Source: Eledone cirrhosa (lineage: Eukaryota). From it: DNA of 64,000 nt. The DNA is taken from the NCBI GenBank assembly GCA_964016885.1, contig OZ024764.1, positions 3,224,001 through 3,288,000 of the forward strand, given 5' to 3'. The translations under genes were made by a program, and so were the position numbers. Numbering within the stretch: position 1 is the stretch's first letter; every line of letters starts with the position of its first letter. The notes under the pieces are model-generated. The model made no database searches. It had not been told where the DNA came from and was given only the letters and a program-made list of their open reading frames with translations. Of the stretch, positions 11,683-23,800 are shown piece after piece.

Positions 11683-14112
11683 GGGCAGTGGATTGGCAGT
11701 ATCGGTAGAGGGTCGGACGCCATGTTAGGGCGGTGGATTGGCAGTATCTGTAGAGGGTCGGACACCATGCTAGGGTGGTGGATTGGCAGTATCGGTAGAG
11801 GGTCGGACACCATGCTAGGGTGGTGGATTGGCAGTATCTGTAGAGGGTCGGACACCATGCTAGGGTGGTGGATTGGCAGTATCGGTAGAGGGTCGGACAC
11901 CATGCTAGGGTGGTGGATTGGCAGTATCGGTAGAGGGTCGGACACCATGCTAGGGTGGTGGATTGGCAGTATCTGTAGAGGGTCGGACACCATGCTAGGG
12001 TGGTGGATTGGCAGTATCGGTAGAGGGTCGGACACCATGCTAGGGTGGTGGATTGGCAGTATCTGTAGAGGGTCGGACACCATGCTAGGGTGGTGGATTG
12101 GCAGTATCGGTAGAGGGTCGGACACCATGCTAGGGTGGTGGATTGGCAGTATCTGTAGAGGGTCAGATGCCATGCTAGGGCGGTGGATTGGCAGTATCGG
12201 TAGAGGGTCAGACGCCATGCTAGGGTGGTGGATTGGCAGTATCGGTAGAGGGTCAGACGCCATGCTAGGGTGGTGGATTGGCAGTATCGGTAGAGGGCCA
12301 GATGCCATGCTAGGGTGGTGGATTGGCAGTATCGGTAGAGGGTCAGACGCCATGGTAGGGTGGTGGATTGGCAGTATCTGTAGAGGGTCAGACGCCATGG
12401 TAGGGTGGTGGATTGGTAGTATCGGTAGAGGGTCGGACGCCATGGTAGGGTGGTGGATTGGCAGTATCGGTAGAGGGTCGGACGCCATGCTAGGGTGGTG
12501 GATTGGCAGTATCTGTAGAGGGTCAGACGCCATGCTAGGGTGGTGGATTGGCAGTATCGGTAGAGGGTCAGACGCCATGCTAGGACGGTGGATTGGCAGT
12601 ATCTGTAGAGGGTCAGACGCCATGGTAGGGTGGTGGATTGGCAGTATCTGTAGAGGGTCAGACGCCATGCTAGGGCGGTGGATTGGCAGTATCTGTAGAG
12701 GGTCAGACGCCATGCTAGGGCGGTGGATTGGCAGTATCGGTAGAGGGTCGGACACCATGCTAGGGTGGTGGATTGGCAGTATCTGTAGAGGGTCAGATGC
12801 CATGCTAGGGTGGTGGATTGGCAGTATCGGTAGAGGGTCGGACGCCATGCTAGGGTGGTCGATTGGCAGTATCTGTAGAGGGTCAGATGCCATGCTAGGG
12901 TGGTGGATTGGCAGTATCGGTAGAGGGTCAGACGCCATGCTAGGGTGGTGGATTGGCAGTATCGGTAGAGGGTCGGACACCATGCTAGGGTGGTGGATTG
13001 GCAGTATCGGTAGAGGGTCGGACGCCATGCTAGGGTGGTCGATTGGCAGTATCGGTAGAGGGTCAGACGCCATGCTAGGGTGGTGGATTGGCAGTATCGG
13101 TAGAGGGTCGGACGCCATGCTAGGGTGGTCGATTGGCAGTATCGGTAGAGGGTCAGACGCCATGCTAGGGTGGTGGATTGGCAGTATCGGTAGAGGGTCG
13201 GACGCCATGCTAGGGTGGTGGATTGGCAGTATCGGTAGAGGGTCGGACGCCATGCTAGGGTGGTGGATTGGCAGTATCGGTAGAGGGTCGGACGCCATGC
13301 TAGGGTGGTGGATTGGCAGTATAGGTAGAGGATCGGACACCATGCTAGGGTGGTGGATTGGCAGTATCGGTAGAGGATCGGACACCATGCTAGGGTGGTG
13401 GATTGGCAGTATCGGTAGAGGGTCGGACACCATGCTAGGGTGGTGGATTGGCAGTATCTGTAGAGGGTCAGATGCCATGCTAGGGTGGTGGATTGGCAGT
13501 ATCGGTAGAGGGTCAGACGCCATGCTAGGGTGGTGGATTGGCAGTATTGGTAGAGGGTCAGATGCCATGCTAGGGTGGTCGATTGGCAGTATCGGTAGAG
13601 GGTCAGACGCCATGCTAGGGTGGTGGATTGGCAGTATCGGTAGAGGGTCGGACGCCATGCTAGGGTGGTGGATTGGCAGTATCGGTAGAGGGTCGGACGC
13701 CATGCTAGGGTGGTGGATTGGCAGTATCGGTAGAGGGTCGGACGCCATGCTAGGGTGGTGGATTGGCAGTATAGGTAGAGGATCGGACACCATGCTAGGG
13801 TGGTGGATTGGCAGTATCGGTAGAGGGTCGGACGCCATGCTAGGGTGGTGGATTGGCAGTATCGGTAGAGGATCGGACACCATGCTAGGGTGGTGGATTG
13901 GCAGTATCGGTAGAGGGTCGGACGCCATGCTAGGGCGGTGGATTGGCAGTATCAGTAGAGGGTCGGATGCCATGTTAGGGCGGTGGATTGGCAGTATCGG
14001 TAGAGGGTCGGACGCCATGCTAGGGCGGTGGATTGGCAGTATCGGTAGAGGGTCGGATGCCATGTTAGGGCGGTGGATTGGCAGTATGGGTAGATGGTCG
14101 GACGCCATGCTT
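11683..14112 (+). repeat. 45 bp minisatellite, ~54 copies, amplified from a SINE 5' head
   Basis: Unit GGGTGGTGGATTGGCAGTATCGGTAGAGGGTCGGACGCCATGCTA; the last unit runs directly into the SINE body. Confidence 0.95.
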
Positions 14113-14260
14113 TGACGTATAGAGTAACAGCCCTTGCCATTCTGAGTTCAAATCCCGCCGAGGTTAACTTTGCCTTTCATCATTACGGGGTCGATAAAAT
14201 AAAGTACCAGTAATGCACTGGGTAATTGCTGGCCTTGAGCCTAACGTAGAAACAATTATG
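14067..14260 (+). mobile_element. tRNA-derived SINE with Nin/Deu-like central domain
   Basis: B box GAGTTCAAATCC, then GCCTTTCATC..GGGGTCGATAAAATAAAGTACCAG; copies at 17020-17180, 36145-36320 and 52105-52212. Confidence 0.8.
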
Positions 14261-14684
14261 TTTTGTAATATATCAAATCAAAATTACATTATTAAATCTG
14301 ATTTTGTTTCTTGTAAATAATTTTTCTCAAAATATCAATTCAAAACTTTTGTGAATAGCCATCATATCTTGTCATTTACCTATGGTTTAAATTACATATA
14401 AATCAAAGGCAAAATATTTTCAGCAGGGGTTTTGTGCCCCCGGGGAACCCTTTAAAATGAAATATACTTATCCAAGTACCCTGGAAAACCATTCCTGATG
14501 ATATCCTCCGAATGAAACAGTTCAAGTCCTGTAGAAACCATTTCTATATTAAATATATATATATAGGCTTCCTCAACCTTTTCCCCTCCCATACACCTCC
14601 CTTTGCAGTAACCACCCCTCCCCTATCACCTACATCCGCAATTACCCCAAGCTTCCTCATACATCTCTAGTTTCAAAACAAAGG

Positions 14685-16672
14685 TGCTCAGCCCACTCTG
14701 TAAAGTGGTCATGTAGGTGTCACAACAAACAACACCCAGTCCACACTGTAAAGTGGTCATGTAGGTGTCACAACAAAAAGTACCCAGTCCACACTGTAAA
14801 GTGGTCATGTAGGTGTCACAACAAAAAGTACCCAGTCCACACTGTAAAGTGGTCATGTTGGTGTCACAACAAAAAGTACCCAGTCCACACTGTAAAGTGG
14901 TCATGTAGGTGTCACAACAAAAAGTACCCAGTCCACACTGTAAAGTGGTCATGTTGGTGTCACAACAAAAAGTACCCAGTCCACACTGTAAAGTGGTCAT
15001 GTAGGTGTCACAACAAAAAGTACCCAGTCCACACTGTAAAGTGGTCATGTAGGTGTCACAACAAACAACACCCAGTCTACACTGTAAAGTGGTCATGTAG
15101 GTGTCACAACAAAAAGTACCCAGTCCACACTGTAAAGTGGTCATGTTGGTGTCACAACAAAAAGTACCCAGTCCACACTGTAAAGTGGTCATGTAGGTGT
15201 CACAACAAAAAGTACCCAGTCCACACTGTAAAGTGGTCATGTTGGTGTCACAACAAAAAGTACCCAGTCCACACTGTAAAGTAGTCATGTAGGTGTCACA
15301 ACAAAAAGTACCCAGTCCACACTGTAAAGTAGTCATGTAGGTGTCACAACAAGAAGCACCCAGTCTACTCTGTAAAGTGGTCATGTCAGTGTCACAACAA
15401 AAAGTACCCAGTCCACACTGTAAAGTGGTCATGTTGGTGTCACAACAAAAAGTACCCAGTCCACACTGTAAAGTAGTCATGTAGGTGTCACAACAAGAAG
15501 CACCCAGTCTACTCTGTAAAGTGGTCATGTCAGTGTCACAACAAAAAGTACCCAGTCCACACTGTAAAGTGGTCATGTTGGTGTCACAACAAAAAGTACC
15601 CAGTCCACACTGTAAAGTAGTCATGTAGGTGTCACAACAAAAAGTACCCAGTCCACACTGTAAAGTGGTCATGTTGGTGTCACAACAAAAAGCACCCAGT
15701 CTACACTGTAAAGTAGTCATGTAGGTGTCACAACAAAGGCACTCAGTCCACACTGTAAAGTGGTCATGTAGGTGTCACAACAAACAACACCCAGTCCACA
15801 CTGTAAAGTGGTCATGTAGGTGTCACAACAAACAACACCCAGTCCACACTGTAAAGTGGTCATGTAGGTGTTACAACAAAAAGCACCCAGTCCACACTGT
15901 AAAGTGGTCATGTAGGTGTCACAACAAAAAGCACTCAGTCTACACTGTAAGGTGGTCATGTAGGTGTCACAACAAAAAGTACCCAGTCCACACTGTAAGG
16001 TGGTCATGTAGGTGTCACAACAAAAAGTACCCAGTCCACACTGTAAAGTAGTCATGTAGGTGTCACAACAAAAAGTACCCAGTCCACACTGTAAAGTGGT
16101 CATGTTGGTGTCACAACAAAAAGCACCCAGTCTACACTGTAAAGTAGTCATGTAGGTGTCACAACAAAGGCACTCAGTCCACACTGTAAAGTGGTCATGT
16201 AGGTGTCACAACAAACAACACCCAGTCCACACTGTAAAGTGGTCATGTAGGTGTCACAACAAACAACACCCAGTCCACACTGTAAAGTGGTCATGTAGGT
16301 GTTACAACAAAAAGCACCCAGTCCACACTGTAAAGTGATCATGTAGGTGTCACAACAAAAAGCACTCAGTCTACACTGTAAGGTGGTCATGTAGGTGTCA
16401 CAACAAAAAGTACCCAGTCCACACTGTAAGGTGGTCATGTAGGTGTCACAACAAAAAGTACCCAGTCCATACTGTAAGGTGGTCATGTAGGTGTCACAAC
16501 AAACAACACCCAGTCCACACTGTAAGGTGGTCATGTAGGTGTCACAACAAACAACACCCAGTCCACACTGTAAAGTGGTCATGCAGGTGTCAATAAAAAG
16601 TACCCAGTCCACACTGTAAAGTGGTCATGTAGGTGTCAATAAAAAGTACCCAGTCCACACTGTTAAGTGGTT
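14685..16672 (+). repeat. 48 bp minisatellite, ~41 copies
   Basis: Unit CCCAGTCCACACTGTAAAGTGGTCATGTAGGTGTCACAACAAAAAGTA; gives the 16-aa periodic ORFs. Confidence 0.95.
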
Positions 16673-17019
16673 ATGAGAGAGAGAGAGGGGGGGGGGGGGC
16701 TGGCTAGCAGCAACTCTTACTGAAACATCTCTGGTCTCAGGGAAACATGCAACAAAATGTGGTTTGAACGAGTTATTTCCCTTTGAATAGCCTTCTAGTT
16801 CAGAGAACGTTCAAGAAGACAGTCAGTACTGCCGTTCAATGTATTAGACGCTACAGCAGTCCCACCGAGAGGTCTACCTCCTGCTAGAAAGTGCAGTCAC
16901 AAACATACGTGAATCACATAAATCTTAGAAAATGGTGGAATTATTTGTTAGTAGTAAAACATTGAAAACTTTACGTAAGATAAAGAACATAAATACAATT
17001 GAGAAATAGAGGGGGAGAA

Positions 17020-17180
17020 TATGTATGGGTCGGACGCCATACATAGAGTTACGCCCCTTTACGGTTCAAATCCCGCCAAAGTTAACTTTGCCTTTCATCC
17101 TTACAGGGTAGATAAAATAAAGTACCAGTAACGTACGGAGATAATTGCTGGCCTTGTGCCAAAAGTAGATCAATTATTAT
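17020..17180 (+). mobile_element. Partial SINE (same family as 14067-14260)
   Basis: GGGTCGGACGCCAT..GGTTCAAATCCCGCC..GCCTTTCATCC..AAGTACCAG. Confidence 0.8.
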
Positions 17181-17223
17181 ATATATAGTGACCTCAGCTG
17201 GATGGCTGGCACAGGTAAAAGAG

Positions 17224-17307
<84 letters not shown>

Positions 17308-17312
<5 letters not shown>

Positions 17313-17862
17313 GAGAGCAGCACAGACTCCACTACAGCAACAGAGAGACGAATCTTCAGATCTTTATAAAGGTCCGACTTCCACACCAATCTCAAGCTGA
17401 GGCACACCGCCTAGGCTTTGCCCTTCCGTTCGACCACATCATCTTCCGTATTCCCAATCTTTACTCCTAGATACAGGAAATCCTCAACCAATTCTAGCGG
17501 CTCCTCGCCTCCATTAGTAATCTTCTCTGGCTTCTTAATATTCTCTACCAGATACTTCGTCTTAATCTCATTCATTCTCAGCCCCACACTTATTGACACA
17601 GTCTCCACCTCCTGCATCAACTCCTCTGCAGAGGAGACTGAGGTTACCTGGACATGCTCACCGACATCCAGAGTTGACACTACACTCAGTGCTCATGTGG
17701 GAGCCCCTGCATGTACACACTAGAAGAGGAAGACCGAGGTTAACATATGTTGATGTCCTAAGGACAGACACTGGTCTGTTGGAGATGCAGGACATGGCAG
17801 CGATAATGAGGGACAGAGACCGCTGGAGAGAACTCGTCCATGGATCTCAGGAATTTTACCCG

Positions 17863-17866
<4 letters not shown>
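17308..17866. mobile_element. RTE-like LINE fragment with 5' inversion
   Basis: 17308-17630 encodes on the minus strand ..GLRMNEIKTKY..DFLYLG..VVESVLL; 17628-17866 encodes on the plus strand QRRLRL.GH..RHPEL..GRPRLTYVD and the element's 3' end. Confidence 0.8.
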
Positions 17867-17932
<66 letters not shown>

Positions 17933-18075
17933 CATCATCATCATCATCATCATGCAGTCATAGATAGGATAAGTTTAACATGGATGATATTTTCCATAGT
18001 TCCACTCTTGCGTCATCTCGATCTCGACTTAGTCCCAGAATTCTTGGTTCTACTTTCATCTACACCTCCACATCC

Positions 18076-18743
18076 AAGGTGCTGTAGCATGGCCAGGATA
18101 CTTGGAAGGTGCTGTAGTATGGCCAGGCTGTTTAGATATTGCTGTGGTATGGCCAGGGATACTTAGAAGGTGCTGTAGCATGGCCAGGATACTTGGAAGG
18201 TGCTGTAGTATGGCCAGGCTGTTTAGATATTGCTGTGGTATGGCCAGGGATACTTAGAAGGTGCTGTAACATGGCCAGGATACTTGGAAGGTGCTGTAGT
18301 ATGGCCAGGCTGTTTAGATATTGCTGTGGTATGGCCAGGGATACTCAGAAGGTGCTGTAGCATGGCCAGGATACTCAGAAGGTGCTGTAGCATGGCCAGG
18401 ATACTTGGAAGGTGCTGTAGTATGGCCAGGAATACTTAGAAGGTGCTGTAGCATGGCCAGGATACTTGGAAGGTGCTGTAGTATGGCCAGGCTGTTTAGA
18501 TATTGCTGTGGTATGGCCAGGGATACTCAGAAGGTGCTGTAGCATGGCCAGGATACTTGGAAGGTGCTGTAGTATGGCCAGGCTGTTTAGATATTGCTGT
18601 GGTATGGCCAGGGATACTTAGAAGGTGCTGTAGCATGGCCAGGATATTTGGAAGGTGCTGTAGTATGGCCAGGCTGTTAAGATATTGCTGTGGTATGGCC
18701 AGGGATACTTAGAAGGTGCTGTAGCATGGCCAGGATACTTGGA
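18076..18743 (+). repeat. 30-31 bp minisatellite, ~22 copies, often as a 91 bp trimer
   Basis: Unit AAGGTGCTGTAGCATGGCCAGGATACTTGG with regularly alternating variants. Confidence 0.92.
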
Positions 18744-19137
18744 ACATGCGCACTGGATGTCTAAATCTCGCGCGTGCGCATTCAACTCCATCCAAAACAA
18801 GAAAGAAAAAAAATGGCCGTCAGTTTGTAGAATTTTCCAATCTTTCCCGAAACTCTCGCTAAATGGTTTAACAATGGACAAGAGCAGCTTTCCGAAAGGT
18901 AACCTAGATTTTATATTATGTTGAGATGTTTTTGTAAATCTTTCCCTCTTCGTCCCCTATGGTCTACTATTTACACCTGCCTAGTTGTTAACCTATTCTT
19001 AACGAGACACACACCTGTTTCATTACATTGCCAATATAACAACATTTAACATATTTTTTATTGATTAATTTGTAACAGAATTCGACTATGTTTTACCTGT
19101 CGAAGAATCGAAACCTAATCTAAAAGTTGTGGCCTGT

Positions 19138-19482
19138 CAAACCACCTTTTGTTAGGAATTCTCACCATTGTCCTGTCAAAAGACAACTATGATAAACGTT
19201 TGACCTGTCACCCCAGGTACTTGATAGATGAAACACATGGCTACTCCTAAGTCGAGCTATTTACACATCCCTCTAGCTTTAGGGTTATAAATACAATGGC
19301 TTGGACAAACAGAGAGAACGAAGCAGCAGCCCTAGAGAGAATAACGATGTGAAACATTCACTTTCTACAGACCCACAGTAGTTCCTACTTCTCCCTGGGG
19401 TCACAGGTCAAGTGGGATATACGTTTATCATAGTTGTCTTTTGACAGGACAATGGTGAGAATTCCTAACAATAGGTGGTTTT
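19138..19482. mobile_element. MITE-like element with ~75 bp inverted repeats
   Basis: TTGTTAGGAATTCTCACCATTGTCCTGTCAAAAGACAACTATGATAAACGT (about 19149-19199) and its exact reverse complement at about 19421-19471. Confidence 0.7.
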
Positions 19483-20067
19483 AGAGGCGAGAACTTTAAA
19501 CTTGCAATCGACTGTCGTCCTATCCAGGTGAAGTCTCTTCTTACCTTATTCCTAATGAAATACACAGACCAAGTGTTCCAATTCGTGTTGAAAATAAACA
19601 ATAAAATGTAGGGATTTAATAAAATTCAACGTGTTTCTTTTTTATTCACAAATAATTTGTCGAGTGTATTTCTTTAAAACTCTTCTTAGTTTTAGTTAAT
19701 ATTTCGATGTATTTAAATGCTTCTTTCAAGATAGAGATGGAAGACCTTAAATTGTTGATTCAATTCTTGAACCGTGCTAAATATTTTCTGAAACTGTTGT
19801 AAATTCATTTTGTATTCTGGAGCATCCAGGGGTGTGTGTCTGGGGGGTTTCTTGGGTGTTTTAACGATAGGGTCCACAGTGCAGTTATTCAATCCCCACC
19901 CCTACACACGTATATGTTAGGTAAGTCCGTAATTAAAGTTACAGGCGGTGTGTGTTTTTGATGATAAACTCGCATATTTGATGAGATATTGAGGCAGAGC
20001 CGGGCCCCGGTCATTATGATTGTACCATGAGATGATCGATATCGATACGATTGCAATATACCAATAA

Positions 20068-20114
<47 letters not shown>

Positions 20115-20240
20115 GTATATGTGTGCGAGACACGGTCACTCAACTTGCCTCTAAATGGGACAAACCCGTCTAACCCATGCGAGCGTGGAAGATAGACGTT
20201 AAACGATGATGATGATGATATATATATATATATATATATA

Positions 20241-20795
20241 GGCATAATTATGTCCTCAGGTGCCTCACATTCATTCACCTTCGATGGACATAGCCTTGGC
20301 CAGGAGGTGTTGATGTCAACTGGCCGTGTCCTACGTTCATTGAGAATTTTGACCCTCAACCGTAACACCCTCTCGCTGGTGTGTCAGCATTGGTGGCCAA
20401 ATTACTGTCCATTATCGCCATACGCTGCGAACCTTTCTCCCTCACTCCTACAAAAGTTCTTAATATTTGGCCTTCCTATCACGAACTCCTATAGAGATTC
20501 CATAGTGATCCTGGGCAGGTGATGATCCTTCATGCTAGAGACGTGCCCTGCTCAGCGTAGCTGGGAGTTCAGCTTCATGTTTAATCTTCCACACGTTAGT
20601 ACAGTCTACCAAATTAATTTCTCACCTTTGCCAGTCTGTTGCTGATTTCCCTGTCAATCTTGGCACCCGATGTGAAGATGTACCCCAGGTAGCTGAAATG
20701 ATGGACTGTTTTCAGTTAAGTCTCGCCAATGGTGATATGGGGAGGGTGGTACACTTCCTGGGGTGCAGGATGGTGGAATACCTCCATCTTCTTTA
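20241..20795 (-). mobile_element. Degenerate RTE (BovB-like) LINE 3' fragment
   Basis: Minus strand reads ..HFSYLGYIFTSGAKIDREISNRLAK.. and a QLRWAGHV-like region; 3' end shared with 29391-29550. Confidence 0.7.
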
Positions 20796-20844
20796 AGCTT
20801 ACTTACAGTCAAGAGAGCTGGGCAGCCTCTGTGATAAAAGAATG

Positions 20845-23800
20845 GGCCTTCCTTTTAAGGTCCCTGATATACAGTATACTGTGGAAGCTGTCTCTCGATA
20901 CGGCAGCTGTTACATCTAAGCTTGTGTTTGTCTTTTAACGTCCCTGATATACAGTGGTAGCTGTCCCTCTATACGGTAGCTGTTACATCTAAGGATGGCT
21001 ATGTCTTATAACTTACCTGATATACAGTACTCTGTGCTAGCTATCATTCCACACGGCCCACAGTTACATGTATTTAAAAAATGGGTCTCTTAACGTCCCT
21101 GATATACAGTATACTGTGGAAGTTGTCTCTCGATACGGCAGCTGTTACATCTAAGGTTGTGTTTGTCTTTTAAATTCCCTTATAGTATATTGTAGCTCTC
21201 CCTCCATACGACCCACAGTTACATGTATTTAAGAAATGGGTCTTTTAACGTCCCTGATAAACTGTATATTATGGCAGCTGCCCCTCGATACGGCCCTCAA
21301 ATCTAATATAAGGTTGTGTTTGTCTTTTAACGTCCCTGATAAACTGTATATTGTGGTAGCTATCCCTCCTTACCGTTCACAGTTACATCTAAGGATGGTT
21401 CTGTCTTATAACTTCCCTTATATACAGTATATTGTGGTAGCTGTCCCTCTATACGGCTGCTGTTACAACTAATATAAGGCTGGCTTAGTCTTTTAACGTC
21501 CTTAATATACAGTATATTGTGGTAGCTGTCCCTCTATACGGCTGCTGTTACATCTAATATAAGGCTGGCTTTGTCTTTTAACGTCCTTAATATACAGTAT
21601 ATTGTGGTAGCTGTCCCTCTATACGGCTGCTGTTACATCTAATATAAGGCTGGGTTTGTCTTTTAACGTCCTTAATATACAGTATATTGTGGTAGCTGTC
21701 CCTCTATACGGCTGCTGTTACATCTAATATAAGGCTGGCTTTGTCTTTTAACGTCCTTAATATACAGTATATTGTGGTAGCTGTCCCTCTATACAGCTGC
21801 TGTTACATCTAATATAAGGCTGGGTTTGTCTTTTAACGTCCTTAATATACAGTATATTGTGGTAGCTGTCCCTCTATACGGCTGCTGTTACATCTAATAT
21901 AAGGCTGGGTTTGTCTTTTAACGTCCTTAATATACAGTATATTGTGGTAGCTGACCCTCTATACGGCTGCTGTTACATCTCATAAAAGGCTGGGTTTGTC
22001 TTTTAACGTCCTTAATATACAGTATATTGTGGTAGCTGTCCCTCTATACGGCTGCTGTTACATCTAATATAAGGCTGGCTTTGTCTTTTAACGTCCTTAA
22101 TATACAGTATATTGTGGTAGCTGTCCCTCTATACGGCTGCTGTTACATTTAATATAAGGCTGGGTTTGTCTTTTAACGTCCTTACTATACAGTATATTGT
22201 GGTAGCTGTCCCTTTATACGGCTGCTGTTACATCTCATAAAAGGCTGGGTTTGTCTTTTAACGTCCTTAATATACAGTATATTGTGGTAGCTGTCCCTCT
22301 ATACGGCTGCTGTTACATCTCATAAAAGGCTGGGTTTGTCTTTTAACGTCCTTAATATACAGTATATTGTGGTAGCTGTCCCTCTATTCGGCTGCTGTTA
22401 CACCTAATATAAGGCTGGGTTTGACTTTTAACGTCCTTAATATACAGTATATTGTGGTAGCTGTCCCTCTATACGGCTGCTGTTACATCTCATAAAAGGC
22501 TGGGTTTGTCTTTCAACGTCCTTAATATACAGTATATTGTGGTAGCTGTCCCTCTATACGGCTGCTGTTACATCTAATATAAGGCTTGGTTTGTCTTTTA
22601 ACGTCCTTAATATACAGTATATTGTGGTAGCTGTCCCTCTATACGGCTGCTGTTACAACTAATATAAGGCTGGCTTTGTCTTTTAACGTCCTTACTATAC
22701 AGTATATTGTGGTAGCTGTCCCTCTTTACGGCTGCTGTTACATCTAATATAAGGCTGGCTTTGTCTTTTAACGTCCTTAATATACAGTATATTGTGGTAG
22801 CTGTCCCTCTTTACGGCTGCTGTTACATCTAATATAAGGCTGGCTTTGTCTTTTAACGTCCTTAATATACAGTATATTGTGGTAGCTGTCCCTCTTTACG
22901 GCTGCTGTTACATCTAATATAAGGCTGGGTTTGTCTTTTAACGTCCTTAATATACAGTATATTGTGGTAGCTGTCCCTCTATACGGCTGCTGTTACATCT
23001 AATATAAGGCTGGGTTTGTCTTTTAACGTCCTTACTATACAGTATATTGTGGTAGCTGTCCCTCTATACGGCTGCTGTTACATCTAATATAAGGCTGGGT
23101 TTGTCTTTTACCGTCCTTACTATACAGTATATTGTGGTAGCTGTCCCTCTATACAGCTGTTGTTACATCTAATATAAGGCTGGGTTTGTCTTTTAACGTC
23201 CTTAATATACAGTATATTGTGGTAGCTGTCCCTCTATACGGCTGCTGTTACATCTAATATAAGGCTGGGTTTGTCTTTTAACGTCCTTAATATACAGTAT
23301 ATTGTGGTAGCTGTCCCTCTATACGGCTGCTGTTACATCTAATATAAGGCTGGGTTTGACTTTTAACGTCCTTAATATACAGTATATTGTGGTAGCTGTC
23401 CCTCTTTACGGCTGATGTTGCATCTAATATAAGGCTGGGTTTGACTTTTAACGTCCTTAATATACAGTATATTGTGGTAGCTGTCCCTCTATACGGCTGC
23501 TGTTACATCTAATATAAGGCTGGGTTTGTCTTTTAACCTCCTTAATATACAGTATATTGTGGTAACTGTCCCTCTATACGGCTGCTGTTACATCTAATAT
23601 AAGGCTGGGTTTGACTTTTAACGTCCTTAATATACAGTATATTGTGGTAGCTGTCCCTCTATACGGCTGCTGTTACATCTAATATAAGGCTGGGTTTGAC
23701 TTTTAACGTCCTTAATATACAGTATATTGTGGTAGCTGTCCCTCTTTACGGCTGATGTTGCATCTAATATAAGGCTGGGTTTGACTTTTAACGTCCTTAA

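Noticed and set aside
11631-14115. 825-aa and 797-aa repetitive ORFs on opposite strands
   Set aside because: Open on both strands because the 45 bp unit is a multiple of 3; the unit is a SINE head
14626-16612. Cys-rich periodic ORFs (also 4820-5308 and 52262-53592) resembling metallothionein or keratin-associated proteins
   Set aside because: Translations of the 48 bp minisatellite; broken by 1 bp indels and present in both orientations
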